Assembly (NCBI GenBank): GCA_963710605.1
Contig: CAVQBA010000001.1
Coordinates: 256,001-320,000, forward strand
Direction: 5' to 3'
Length of the DNA: 64,000 bases
From: an uncultured cyanobacterium
GTDB lineage: Bacteria; Cyanobacteriota; Cyanobacteriia; Cyanobacteriales; Cyanobacteriaceae
Program-made: the position numbers and the translations under genes
Shown: piece by piece, positions 48,045-59,633 of the stretch
Layout of the letters: every line of letters starts with the position of its first letter
Position numbering within the stretch: position 1 is the first letter of the stretch
Notes under the pieces: generated by a model
What the model was told of the DNA's origin: nothing
What the model saw: only the letters and a program-made list of their open reading frames with translations
Database searches by the model: none

Positions 48045-50683
48045 CTCTGCCTTCGTGGTGGAAACTACTTGAATTGAAACAGTTGAATCTAAAAGTCTTT
48101 ACTTGTTAGACTAGATCTCTGCCTTCGTGGTGGAAACTACTTGAATTGAAACCTTTCAATAATATGTTCGAACTAATTTCTAATAAACTCTGCCTTCGTG
48201 GTGGAAACTACTTGAATTGAAACTTCTCGAACTAGCAATCCATCAGCTCTGCCTTCGTGGTGGAAACTACTTGAATTGAAACAAAAAAAGCAGTCTATGT
48301 GCTTAAACTCTGCCTTCGTGGTGGAAACTACTTGAATTGAAACGTTGAGTATAGATCTACTAAACTATAATTGTATAATCATATCGCCGAGGGGAGAATC
48401 TCTGCCTTCGTGGTGGAAACTACTTGAATTGAAACTTCCTTTCCCTGTAAAAGGAGCAGTCTGCTTCACTGAATGTGCTCTGCCTTCGTGGTGGAAACTA
48501 CTTGAATTGAAACACGTTTAAATACCCAATAATACCAGTGCAGTTAAACGCCTCTGCCTTCGTGGTGGAAACTACTTGAATTGAAACTTTGTTTCACTCA
48601 GTTTTACTCGTAGGTGTCCTTCCTCCTGCTCTGCCTTCGTGGTGGAAACTACTTGAATTGAAACTCAACGGTATAAGTCCATTCTTTAGATATCTGATTT
48701 TCTCTGCCTTCGTGGTGGAAACTACTTGAATTGAAACTTCAGCTAGATTAGTTACTTCAGTAGCATCTGTACTAACTCTGCCTTCGTGGTGGAAACTACT
48801 TGAATTGAAACGCTAAGCCACTAAACTCTTAACATAAAACCAACTTAACTCTCTGCCTTCGTGGTGGAAACTACTTGAATTGAAACTGTTCGCTTATAGA
48901 ATGTCTCTTCCATATATATTGGCTCTGCCTTCGTGGTGGAAACTACTTGAATTGAAACACAACATGACTGCTAGTGGGTGCTCTACTAAATCATGTCTTA
49001 CTCTGCCTTCGTGGTGGAAACTACTTGAATTGAAACATGTCGGGGACAATGCCCAACTAAGAGCTGTTAAACTCTGCCTTCGTGGTGGAAACTACTTGAA
49101 TTGAAACTAAGGCTTCTAAAGATATAGCTATAGATTGGTTTATTTCCCTCTGCCTTCGTGGTGGAAACTACTTGAATTGAAACAACAGTTAATTGTTCTA
49201 CTAAAGACTCTTTAATAGTCTCTGCCTTCGTGGTGGAAACTACTTGAATTGAAACAATCCGAGTTGACCGAACAGGAAATTCACTGCCCACATACTCTGC
49301 CTTCGTGGTGGAAACTACTTGAATTGAAACAGCTTCCCAATTACCATTTCAAAATCTTTTCTGACTCTGCCTTCGTGGTGGAAACTACTTGAATTGAAAC
49401 AAAAGAATTTTATCCTCTCCTAAATTAGAGGTCAATTTCTCTGCCTTCGTGGTGGAAACTACTTGAATTGAAACGAGAATGCAATTGTTGTCAAGAGCAT
49501 CCCGACAATGCTCTGCCTTCGTGGTGGAAACTACTTGAATTGAAACCAAAGAAGTATTTTACATACAATCTAGAGACTTCTCTCTGCCTTCGTGGTGGAA
49601 ACTACTTGAATTGAAACCTTAGGCATTTCTAAATGTTGGATGCCTATAGCTAAAACTCTGCCTTCGTGGTGGAAACTACTTGAATTGAAACATAAAAGTA
49701 TTTTCTTTAAATGTGCATTCATTAAATGCTCTGCCTTCGTGGTGGAAACTACTTGAATTGAAACTGGTATAGCTTTGGGGTTGACGGCGGTAGCTTTATC
49801 CTCTGCCTTCGTGGTGGAAACTACTTGAATTGAAACTTATTTTGGCGAGAGAATTCCTCCTCAATTAGCTTGAACCTCTGCCTTCGTGGTGGAAACTACT
49901 TGAATTGAAACCTATTTGGTCTGTATTCATGTTCGTTGTACTAACGATGACCGTCTCTGCCTTCGTGGTGGAAACTACTTGAATTGAAACCGCACTGTAA
50001 GGTATAGGACCTGTTTTAGAATTTTGCTCTGCCTTCGTGGTGGAAACTACTTGAATTGAAACGTGACAATCTCTGGATTAAAGGCATAAATCCCTCCTAC
50101 TCTGCCTTCGTGGTGGAAACTACTTGAATTGAAACATGGCAAATCTGATTGCTTTGTGTCGTACATCTTTCTCTGCCTTCGTGGTGGAAACTACTTGAAT
50201 TGAAACCTAGTGCTAGTGTCAGTAATATTGCGATAAGACCTCTGCCTTCGTGGTGGAAACTACTTGAATTGAAACCTAAATAACTTATCGGAAGTCGTGC
50301 CGTAAATAATTCTCTGCCTTCGTGGTGGAAACTACTTGAATTGAAACATTGTTTTGTAGTCGTTTGAAAAAAGTTCGTTAATCTCTGCCTTCGTGGTGGA
50401 AACTACTTGAATTGAAACTAGTTTGTTTACCTGATTCTTCAGAGCTTTTTACTCTGCCTTCGTGGTGGAAACTACTTGAATTGAAACTCATTTGCTTCGG
50501 TCGCACGCTTCCTTAAATCATCTCTGCCTTCGTGGTGGAAACTACTTGAATTGAAACCAACTACAAGAGGTAGTCTCTGCCTTCGTGGTGGAAACTACTT
50601 GAATTGAAACGTCAAAACAATTACTTTTCCCCCGTACATTTTAGTAGCTCTGCCTTCGTGGTGGAAACTACTTGAATTGAAAC
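48045..50683 (+). CRISPR. CRISPR array: 37 copies of the 36-nt repeat CTCTGCCTTCGTGGTGGAAACTACTTGAATTGAAAC, 36 spacers (mostly 33-43 nt)
   Basis: Counted by hand; orientation from leader position and 3' ATTGAAAC. Confidence 0.98.
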
Positions 50684-50838
50684 GTTTGGATATTGAATGA
50701 ACCCAACGGGGGTTCAATGCTGAGCCTCTACTGGCTTTCACCTTAGCTGTACTAACTACTTTACCGCTACTAAAAGTTGAGATTGAGGGTATTGAGTATT
50801 TTCGATCGTATTCAAGCAAAAACCAGCGAATATAGCAA

Positions 50839-52077
50839 TCAATCGATCGATATATCATAATGCCCACAAGAGTTTTTAATTTCTTGTATATGTTCATTTC
50901 TTAAAGACAAAGGATAGATAACCTCAACACTACCGCCGTATCTTTGTAACCAAAAACGAAATTCTTTTAACGATCGTGAAGGCAAGTTAATAGAATAATC
51001 AAGATAAATTAGCTTACCATATTCATTTTTGATTTGTTTGATTGTTTGTTTGGGATGTCTTAATTCACCTTCTAGAATAAAATCGCATACAGGAGGATAA
51101 AATCTAACTTTAATTTTTTCTAACTTTAATTTTTTGTCTAACTCTTGTTTTTGAGCTTCTAAGTTACCTAAATTTAATCCCCAACCGTTACTTAATAATT
51201 TATTAGCTTTTTTAAGACTTTCTTGTTGAGCTTTTGTGTCTCTACCAACGGCAGAAATGACTCGATAATAATTAGCAAAACGACTAATTCTACCGATAAT
51301 CAGTTGGTTGTTTTGGCTATTTTCGTAAAGTAAATACCAAGAAATATTATAGTAAATTAATTGTAGGGGTATGACTTGCTCTAAACCAATTTTTGGCTTT
51401 TTTGGTTGTTGGTTATAAAGATCAGATTTTCTTGATATTTGAATAGTTTGACCAAGTGCGATCGCTTCTTCTAATTGAGGAATATAATGAAATAAAGTCT
51501 GACGATTCTGACTCTTATTCATCATCTGTAGAGGGTCAGTATATTCGATCGCTTGATTAAGATTACGACGAATAGGGTAGCTAAAATCACTCTGAGATTC
51601 AAACTCCAAACCACGAATCCGTTGAGTCAAAATGGTATAACATTCCCTAGCAAAAGTATCACCTTGATATATTGCCATGGATTCTAGTGCATCAAAAGCT
51701 ATTTTTAATTGTTGCTTATCCATCACACCTGTACCCAGATAATAACCCCAACGATACATTCTCGGTTCTAGAATACCAAAACCTTTGAGTATTTCTAAAT
51801 CTTTTCTTAATGTAGCAGTGGCAGGAAGAGGAAAATCAGCAACTAATTCATTCTCACCAGTTAAAAAATTATTATGTTGGCTTGATATTGATTTAGCTAT
51901 CACCACTATTCGCTGTCGTAACAAATCTAAGGCATTATGATGAATTTGGTTTTTTTGATTTTCTGTGTTTTCAAGGCAACCAATACCCGGATAATTAACC
52001 ATTGTCGTAATCAGTAACATCAATCTTTGAAATGATTTCAAATCACTATAACAATGTATCTGAGGTTTTTTAGCCAT
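50839..52077 (-). CDS. WYL domain transcriptional regulator-like protein
   Basis: TLRKDL HTH-like segment, PLQLIYYNISWYLL, WCX-like FWLQRYGGSVEVIYPLSLR. Confidence 0.85.
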   Translation of the reverse strand: MAKKPQIHCYSDLKSFQRLMLLITTMVNYPGIGCLENTENQKNQIHHNALDLLRQRIVVIAKSISSQHNNFLTGENELVADFPLPATATLRKDLEILKGFGILEPRMYRWGYYLGTGVMDKQQLKIAFDALESMAIYQGDTFARECYTILTQRIRGLEFESQSDFSYPIRRNLNQAIEYTDPLQMMNKSQNRQTLFHYIPQLEEAIALGQTIQISRKSDLYNQQPKKPKIGLEQVIPLQLIYYNISWYLLYENSQNNQLIIGRISRFANYYRVISAVGRDTKAQQESLKKANKLLSNGWGLNLGNLEAQKQELDKKLKLEKIKVRFYPPVCDFILEGELRHPKQTIKQIKNEYGKLIYLDYSINLPSRSLKEFRFWLQRYGGSVEVIYPLSLRNEHIQEIKNSCGHYDISID

Positions 52078-52303
52078 GATTGATTATTACCGAAATACTA
52101 TTTATACAACTAAATTAGCTAATTAAGACAGCTAAATCAACTTCAGTATCCCCCCTTAGTCCCCCCTTAGAAAAGGGGATTACCTAAGATGCCGAAGGCA
52201 GAGAGAGGGGTAAACGAGGGGTTAGGGGTGGTTAAACGTCTTAAGCCGCTGATTCGATCGCTATAAAACTGGTAATCGCTATATTTATCCTAAAATACAA
52301 AAT

Positions 52304-52324
52304 GGTGAGCAATGCTCACCCTAC
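52304..52324. repeat. GTAG-type REP-like palindrome (representative copy)
   Basis: GGTGAGCAATGCTCACC-CTAC; related hairpin+CTAC units at 5226-5249, 22422-22446, 33983-34008, 58863-58887, 59557-59577, 61499-61519. Confidence 0.7.
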
Positions 52325-52343
52325 AAGTTTTATCGATCGATTT

Positions 52344-53180
52344 TTAATCTTTAAACTCTTTGGGTAAAGGGGTAAGTTTTCCCGTCAATTGCCAATTGTT
52401 ATCAATCGCCATCTGTTTCAAATTATCAATTCTTTTTTCAGTCAAAGGATGAGTCGAAAAATATTCTGGTGTATGTTTACCATAACCTTCGGCATTAATT
52501 TTGGTGAAAAAACCCAAACTATCAGCACCATGTCCGTAATATGCAATTATAGTTGACATTGCTTGATAATCAGCGTTTTGTTCTTGTTTACGACTATAAT
52601 TCAAATGAGTTAAACTCCCAGTTGTCGAAACAATATCCGCTCCCTGAGAATTACCACCTACACCCAAAATGGTCGAAATAAATACCAAAAATATAGTCGA
52701 TCGACCATATACTTTAAAGGCATCACGAGCAGAAATATGAGCTAATTCGTGGGCTAAAACAAAAGCCAATTCGTTTTCTGATTCCACCGCATCTAGTAAA
52801 CCCGTCGTCACAAAAATATGTCCACCAGGAGTAACAAAAGCATTAATTTGCTCTATCTCTAATAAATGTACAGTAAGAGGTATTTGTGACTCTGGAGAGT
52901 TAGCCTGAGATAAAGAAGTGACAAGTTGAGTTAGATATGGCAAACGTGGATCATTTTTTATCGTTTTTTGGACAAAGTCTGAAGGTAACAAATGCTTACC
53001 TATTTTAACTTCTAATTCTAGACTAATACGAGTAGTAATTTGATCAGAAACTAATCCCAAAGCTAAGTAACCAAAGATGCTTACCCCCACAACTGTACCT
53101 AATAAATAAGCAAAATTTACTAGTGGATGCACGGGTGTAACGTTAACTTCTTCTTCAATCTCTTTGGGAATATATTTCAT
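52344..53180 (-). CDS. M48 family metallopeptidase
   Basis: NAFVTPGG, VLAHELAH, YSRKQEQNAD, STHP. Confidence 0.9.
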   Translation of the reverse strand: MKYIPKEIEEEVNVTPVHPLVNFAYLLGTVVGVSIFGYLALGLVSDQITTRISLELEVKIGKHLLPSDFVQKTIKNDPRLPYLTQLVTSLSQANSPESQIPLTVHLLEIEQINAFVTPGGHIFVTTGLLDAVESENELAFVLAHELAHISARDAFKVYGRSTIFLVFISTILGVGGNSQGADIVSTTGSLTHLNYSRKQEQNADYQAMSTIIAYYGHGADSLGFFTKINAEGYGKHTPEYFSTHPLTEKRIDNLKQMAIDNNWQLTGKLTPLPKEFKD

Positions 53181-53596
53181 TATTTTTGATAATTGATAAT
53201 TGATAATTGATAATTATTTTATTCTTTTTTATGGTTAGGTAAACCTTTTTTAAATTATTACTAACTTACAATTAACGATAACAATTTATCAATTAATTAT
53301 AGACTTTGTTATAAATAAATCGATCGTAGTCGTAAATAATATTAATTATGTACTTCACTTCTTTTTTTTATCGATTAAATAATACCAAATTCAAAAAAGA
53401 AAAAGACAGATAAATCCCCCTAAATCCCCCTTTGTAAGGGGGACTTGCAAAAAAGCAACTGTAGCAAGTTTAATTTGAATTGGTATAACCATTGAATTAA
53501 GGGTGCAAACCTTGCGACAACAAAATAAAACTGTTTATCGAAAAAAAGTTCCCCTCTTTACCGAAGGAGGGGTTAGGGGTGGTTTTAGCTTTTTTA

Positions 53597-54316
53597 TTAC
53601 TTACTCCCAAAACAATAATCTCGATATCCATTCATATATTCCATCGCCTCAGATACAGCCAAAGGATTAAGGTTACGTCTATTTTCAGGAAATCTTTGTA
53701 ATACCTCGGTAGGGGATAAATATACAGCACACCAAGAATAATTAAACTCTAATTGTGCTTCAACTAAAGACTTAATAAAATGAACGGTAAAATCATTAGG
53801 TAAAGCAAAAGCCGCTTGAGACAAATATTCTAAAGGTGATGTTTTCAACATCGATTCTGGGCTATTAAGTGTTAATGCTGATAAAGATAAATAGTTATCC
53901 ATCGCCAAGATATAACCATAGACAAATTTTTCTTCGGCAGTTAAATCTTTTACTTTCAAATCCTGAATACTTTGAAAACGTTTTTTCTTCATCAATGCTT
54001 GCAAAAACAATTCACCGTTATTTTGCCCATCATAATTCCAACTTAAACCATTAATCACGGCGGCTTTTTTATCAAGTGATGCACTGCTTAATAAAAAATC
54101 TGTCACTGTTTTATCCATCGTTTTAGTTTGTTTAACTTGATTGACAATCGATAAATTTTCGTAGCCAGAGGTTAAATCGGTAGATGTCAACGGGCTATCT
54201 GCTTTAACTGGGTTAGCAGTTAGTGATACCCAAACGACTATTACTGAGGTGATAGTCTTTAATTTTGTCCACGATTGCGCAGCGCCGGCTTCAGCCGATC
54301 GTTTAATTATGTTCAT
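53597..54316 (-). CDS. Hypothetical exported protein
   Basis: Signal-peptide-like segment ending PVKA-DSPLTST. Confidence 0.65.
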   Translation of the reverse strand: MNIIKRSAEAGAAQSWTKLKTITSVIVVWVSLTANPVKADSPLTSTDLTSGYENLSIVNQVKQTKTMDKTVTDFLLSSASLDKKAAVINGLSWNYDGQNNGELFLQALMKKKRFQSIQDLKVKDLTAEEKFVYGYILAMDNYLSLSALTLNSPESMLKTSPLEYLSQAAFALPNDFTVHFIKSLVEAQLEFNYSWCAVYLSPTEVLQRFPENRRNLNPLAVSEAMEYMNGYRDYCFGSK

Positions 54317-54639
54317 CTTTTGTTAATCTAATATGATAAATAAAGTTGTCTGTAATCGATTGTATCCATTAGGGAAAATATCTTTTAAGCTATATGTAAT
54401 TAAAAAAATAACTCTAATTTTTCTGCTAACTCTACTAGTTACAAAGACTAAAATAAATGAGTAAACTGTTTCTGCCCGTAATCTTTTTTAATATTTGCTT
54501 TGTGTCTTAACTTTTGTTAGAGATATAAATTTTAAGCAAATCGACAAGGTATTATTTTGCTCGATAAAATCTTAATCATTAGTTAAAATTACTTTCTAAT
54601 CAAGGATAACTAAATTTAAAAATTTAATAATATTAAAGA

Positions 54640-55761
54640 ATGAAACCACAACAACAATTAATTGATTTACAAACTCTTGCAAGTGGTGATGTTTTACAAT
54701 TACAAACTTATCAATTTAAAGGAAAAACTGGTAATAAAAAAGTTTATATTCAAGCTAATTTACATGGTGCAGAAATAGTAGGTAATGCTGTAATTTATGA
54801 ATTAATTCAGTTTTTATCACAGCTAAAACCAGAAGATATTGCAGGTGAAATATTACTTGTTCCTTTTTGTAATCCTCTTGGTGTTAATCAAAGAAGTTTG
54901 TTTTTTTCTACAGGCAGATACAATCCATATGATGGTAATAATTGGAATCGTATTTTTTGGGATTATGTAGATGAGAAACCTGATTTTGATACTTTTGTTA
55001 GTCAGAATATTAATTTAAGTAAGTCGGTAATTCAAGATAACTATCGTCAACAAATAATTAGTAAATTCAAACAAAAAATTAAACAGCAAACAGCGAGAGG
55101 ATTATCTTTTTCTCAGCATTATCGTAACCAATTACATTTATTGTCTTTATCTGCTGATTATGTAATTGATATTCATAGTTCAAGTATAGAAGCGATCGAT
55201 TATCTTTATTGTTTTGAGCAACGCCAAAAAAGTGCTGATTATTTTTTATTAGACTATGCTATTTTAATGAATAAATATGATGGTTATGCTTTTGATGAAG
55301 CCTTTTTAAACCCTTGGTTAGTATTAGAAAAAAAGTTTGCTAAACAAAGAAGAAATATTGTTTTTGATCTTGAATCATGGACATTAGAATTAGGTAGCGG
55401 AATGCGTGTAAATGAAAATTCTGTTACTAAAGGGGTTAAGGGAATTGTTAATTATTTAGCCTCTAAAAATGTAATTAATCAAGTAGTCAAATTACCAACA
55501 AAAACAACTACTTTTATTCCTAAAAATACAGTTAAAAGTTATTATGCAAGCACAGGTGGAATTATCCGCAATCGTCTAGGTGCAGGCACAAAAGTCAAAC
55601 ATGGGGATATTCTGTGTCAAATATTGAGTTTTGGGAAAAACAACTCTCAACCTGAGGTAATTGAAATCGAATCGATCAATCGGGGTATAATTTATGATGT
55701 ATCCATTAACGATACAGTCAATCAAGGTGAATATATCCTAGGAATCTTTCCTTATGTCTAA
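54640..55761 (+). CDS. Succinylglutamate desuccinylase/aspartoacylase family (M14-like)
   Basis: ANLHGAE, NPLG, NWNR, IDIHS, TLELG. Confidence 0.85.
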   Translation: MKPQQQLIDLQTLASGDVLQLQTYQFKGKTGNKKVYIQANLHGAEIVGNAVIYELIQFLSQLKPEDIAGEILLVPFCNPLGVNQRSLFFSTGRYNPYDGNNWNRIFWDYVDEKPDFDTFVSQNINLSKSVIQDNYRQQIISKFKQKIKQQTARGLSFSQHYRNQLHLLSLSADYVIDIHSSSIEAIDYLYCFEQRQKSADYFLLDYAILMNKYDGYAFDEAFLNPWLVLEKKFAKQRRNIVFDLESWTLELGSGMRVNENSVTKGVKGIVNYLASKNVINQVVKLPTKTTTFIPKNTVKSYYASTGGIIRNRLGAGTKVKHGDILCQILSFGKNNSQPEVIEIESINRGIIYDVSINDTVNQGEYILGIFPYV

Positions 55762-56695
55762 TTCGATTACCTCTTCTTTTTCCGCAATCCCTGAAACTCC
55801 TCCTAATTTTAAATCTGGTTTCGTTGCCATTATTGGTCGTCCTAATGTCGGCAAATCAACGATAATGAACGAATTAATCGGGCAAAAAATAGCGATAACC
55901 TCCCCCGTCGCCCAAACCACTCGTAACCGTTTGAGGGGGATTTTAACCACACCACAGGCACAAATAATCTTTGTCGATACCCCCGGTATTCATAAACCTC
56001 ATCATGAGTTAGGTAGAGTTTTAGTCCAAAATGCAACTTCAGCTATTAATAACGTTGATGTTGTTTTGTTTGTGGTTGATTCTTCGTCTGATGCAGGTGG
56101 AGGCGATCGATTTATCATAGATTTACTTAAAAAGAGTAAAACTCCTGTAATTTTAGGTTTAAACAAAATTGATTTACAAGGAGAAAATCGAGAAGAATTA
56201 TTTGAAAGTTACGATGATGTCTGCCCTGAAAATTGGGAAGTAGCTAAATTTTCGGCACTAACAGGAAAAGGGTTAGATTATCTACAACAAAAATTAATTG
56301 AAAAACTAGAACCAGGTCCTTATTATTATCCACCCGAATTAGTCACAGATCAACCAGAAAGATTTATTATTGGTGAATTAATTAGAGAGCAAATATTATT
56401 ACTAACCAGAGAAGAGATACCCCATTCAGTTGCCGTCACGATCGAAAAAATAGAAGAAGGAAAACAAAAGACCAAAATTTTTGCGGCGATTAATGTCGAA
56501 AGAAATTCGCAAAAGGGTATAGTTATCGGGCAAAAAGGTCAAATGTTAAAACAAATTGGTACTGCTTCTCGTAAGCAAATGCAGAAATTATTAAGCGGTA
56601 AAGTTTATCTAGAATTATTCGTCAAAGTAGAACCAAAATGGCGACAATCAAGATTAAGATTAGCTGAATTTGGTTATAAAAAAATGGATGATTGA
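55754..56695 (+). CDS. era: GTPase Era
   Basis: GRPNVGKST, QTTR, DTPG, NKID, KH domain VIGQKG. Confidence 0.96.
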   Translation: MSNSITSSFSAIPETPPNFKSGFVAIIGRPNVGKSTIMNELIGQKIAITSPVAQTTRNRLRGILTTPQAQIIFVDTPGIHKPHHELGRVLVQNATSAINNVDVVLFVVDSSSDAGGGDRFIIDLLKKSKTPVILGLNKIDLQGENREELFESYDDVCPENWEVAKFSALTGKGLDYLQQKLIEKLEPGPYYYPPELVTDQPERFIIGELIREQILLLTREEIPHSVAVTIEKIEEGKQKTKIFAAINVERNSQKGIVIGQKGQMLKQIGTASRKQMQKLLSGKVYLELFVKVEPKWRQSRLRLAEFGYKKMDD

Positions 56696-56791
56696 TATAA
56701 ATAGATCGATTAATCTAAAGTAAAATCCAATTATAGCCAATGCGATCGACTGTTATCATACTGTATAAATAATAATTTTATACTTTAGTAA

Positions 56792-57133
56792 ATGGCAAAA
56801 CTTTCCCCAGAAATTAGTAACACTTTATCGTCAATTAAACAAACTTTATTGGAGGTAATAGATGAATCGACTGCAACCGAATTTATTTTATTTGAGACTA
56901 GAGGAGAAAGCGATGAGACAATTCCCTTTTTAGATGAAATGAAAAATGTTTCTATTCAAGCTAGAGAGAGATATTTTCAGCTTTCTAATTTAGAAGTAGG
57001 AATCGCTGAATCTCAACCCATAGCAACTAATGCTATTATCAACTTATTAACAAAAGCAATAGAGCAAAATCAGATGCGTATTCCGGCTTGGCAACGCAGT
57101 ATTCAAGAAGTAAAATTAGAGTGGCAATTATGA
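56792..57133 (+). CDS. Hypothetical protein
   Basis: 113-aa ORF with ATG start, helical character. Confidence 0.7.
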   Translation: MAKLSPEISNTLSSIKQTLLEVIDESTATEFILFETRGESDETIPFLDEMKNVSIQARERYFQLSNLEVGIAESQPIATNAIINLLTKAIEQNQMRIPAWQRSIQEVKLEWQL

Positions 57134-57321
57134 TGAGTAACTTACCTCCTATTCCTAATCAAGAAACAAGAAATTATTTATTAAATAATTTGCGTCGAAC
57201 TAATTTAGAGTTAGAAGAATTTGGACTAGAGTTAGATAAAATTATGGCAATCTTAGAACAAGAAAAACAACAAAATAAATTAAATAGAGTTAGACAAAAA
57301 TTGAATTTTTTAACTGAGTAA
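57130..57321 (+). CDS. Small hypothetical coiled-coil protein
   Basis: ATGA overlap with the upstream stop. Confidence 0.6.
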   Translation: MMSNLPPIPNQETRNYLLNNLRRTNLELEEFGLELDKIMAILEQEKQQNKLNRVRQKLNFLTE

Positions 57322-57459
57322 AATAGTTAAGAAGTACGATTGTCAGTTTTCATACTCTAGCGAAGTCTTTTAGTGCTTAATACAATTGAGAATAGTAAGT
57401 AGATACGAACAATTTACCACCTATTTTCGCTCGAGAAACTAGAAGTTGTTTATTAATTA

Positions 57460-58816
57460 TCAACGATCGATATTTGCTAAAAACTGTTTTAATTGAGGAA
57501 TAATATTACCAAAATGTAAGTGTAAATAAGAAGCATAAACATTATTAATTTGCCATCCTTGAGAAGATAATTGCGTTTGAGAATAATAATCTTTAATATT
57601 AATAATTGGGTTATTAGGAATATTAGAATTAAGAGCATGATGAAATTCATGTCCTCTTAAAACAAAATCTTTTTGTAGATATTTATTATTAATTAAAATA
57701 GTTGCTTGTCGGTAACCTAAAGTCAGTTTTTTACTCATAGTGGCTTGATTCGGTAATACCCCAACCATCTCCCATTCTCGCCCTTGAAAATCAACGATCG
57801 CTTCTGATAAATACATCATGCCACCGCATTCGGCGTAAGTAGTTAGTCCATTTCTAATAGCTCGATCGATTTCTAATTTCAATGATTTATTCTGAGCTAA
57901 TTGTTCAGCAAAAATTTCAGGAAAACCACCACCTAAATAAAGAGCGTTAATACCATCTGGTAAAACTCGATCGTTTAAAGGACTAAACTCAATTAATTCT
58001 ACTCCCAAATACTCCAAAATATCTAAATTATCTTGATAATAAAAATTAAAACTTTTATCTCTAGCTATGGCAATTGTAATGTTATAATTTTCTTTTTTTT
58101 CTATAAAATATTTTACAATTTTGGTAGTTGTTATAGTTTTTAAATAAGGTAATAATAGCTCCCAATTAAGACTATCTTTGGCTAATTGAGCTAATTGCTG
58201 AAAAATACGATCGTGTTGCTCAATTTCTTCAGTTGGCACTAATCCTAAATGTCTTGAAGGTAACTCAATATTTTGGTAGCGAAACCAAACGCCCATAACA
58301 GGAATAACACAGTCTTTTAACCCTGCTTTTAATAAAGATAAATGTTTTTGGCTACCTACTTTATTTAAAATTAAGTCCGACAATCTTGACTTGCCGATCG
58401 AAATTGAGATAACCTAAAACGATCGCACCTACAGAAATACTTAATTTACTACAATCAAGAATCAAGACAACAGGTAAATCAAGTAACTTAGCAATATAAG
58501 CCGTACTAGCATAATAAGGTGAAATATCGGTAGGTACACCATCAAACAAACCCATTACCCCTTCAATGATACTCAAGTCACTATCTTGACTATGATAATC
58601 AAAACACCATCTTACATAATCCTCTGAAGTTAAAATAGGATCTAGATTACGACACGATCGACTAGTAATAGTAGAATGAAACATAGGATCGATATAATCT
58701 GGTCCTACTTTAAAAGATTGCAAACAATGACCCTGACTTCTTAGATATGCCAATATAGCTAAAGTAATCGTTGTTTTACCGACACCACTTCTTTCTCCTG
58801 CGATAATTAGAGTCAT
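57460..58816 (-). CDS. cobB: Cobyrinate a,c-diamide synthase, frameshifted near 58375
   Basis: SGVGKTT, FKVGPDYIDP, IEGVMGLFDG; YAECGG, GHEFH, ASYLHLHF; removing one base restores GLILNKVGS. Confidence 0.9.
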
Positions 58817-58945
58817 AAATTAAACAACAAACTACACATAACAGAATATAACTTTATCGATCGGGTTGAATGATATTCAACCCCTACGTTAACTTTTGGG
58901 TAATACCAATTAATCATCTCTACTTGAAACTTAAGACTTAATTTG

Positions 58946-59467
58946 TTAGTCATATTCAACTAAACTCAAAATAGGAATATTGGGTAATTTTTCTTTACCT
59001 TGCAAACCCTTCAAATCGATAATAAAAGCACAAGCAACTAACTCACAACCAATTTTAGTAACCAAATCAGCCGTCGCTTTAGCTGTGCCACCTGTGGCAA
59101 TCAAATCATCGACAATCATCACCTTCGCCCCTTTAGGCATCGCGTCTTGATGAATCTCTAAAATATCTGTGCCATATTCCAAATCGTATTCTAAACTATA
59201 AACATCAGCAGGTAACTTACCCTTCTTCCTTACAGGCACAAAACCCGCATTAATTTGATAAGCTAATGCAGGAGCAAAAATGAAGCCCCTAGATTCAATC
59301 CCGACAATATATTCTGGTTGAGTTTCTAGCTGTTGAGTTTTTTTGGCTAAAGAATCGATAACAGCCTTTAAACCTTCTTTATCTTTAAGTAATGTTGTTA
59401 TATCTCGAAAAACAATTCCTTGTTGCGGAAAATCGGGTATATCCCGAATCAAACTTTTAAAATCCAT
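58946..59467 (-). CDS. apt: Adenine phosphoribosyltransferase
   Basis: [31 protein letters not shown]. Confidence 0.95.
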   Translation of the reverse strand: MDFKSLIRDIPDFPQQGIVFRDITTLLKDKEGLKAVIDSLAKKTQQLETQPEYIVGIESRGFIFAPALAYQINAGFVPVRKKGKLPADVYSLEYDLEYGTDILEIHQDAMPKGAKVMIVDDLIATGGTAKATADLVTKIGCELVACAFIIDLKGLQGKEKLPNIPILSLVEYD

Positions 59468-59633
59468 GATAGATAGTTGATAATTTATACAAGAAGAATA
59501 AGGAATAGAGAATAAAAAAAAACAACTAACTTTTAACTGTTTAAATGATCAGTTTAGGTGGGCATTGCCCACCCTACTCTTAACTCTTAACTCTTAACTC
59601 TTAACTCTTAACTCTTAACTTTTAACTTTTAAC

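Noticed and set aside
48081-50647. Self-targeting or duplicated spacers
   Set aside because: None noticed by eye within the window; a real alignment is needed to exclude them.
48880-50897. ORFs 48880-49104, 49067-49291 and 50595-50897
   Set aside because: Translations of repeat-spacer DNA.
52344-53180. M48 peptidase as a CRISPR protease effector
   Set aside because: No CARF/SAVED domain, ordinary membrane-anchored M48 form, separated from WYL by repeat-filled intergenic DNA.
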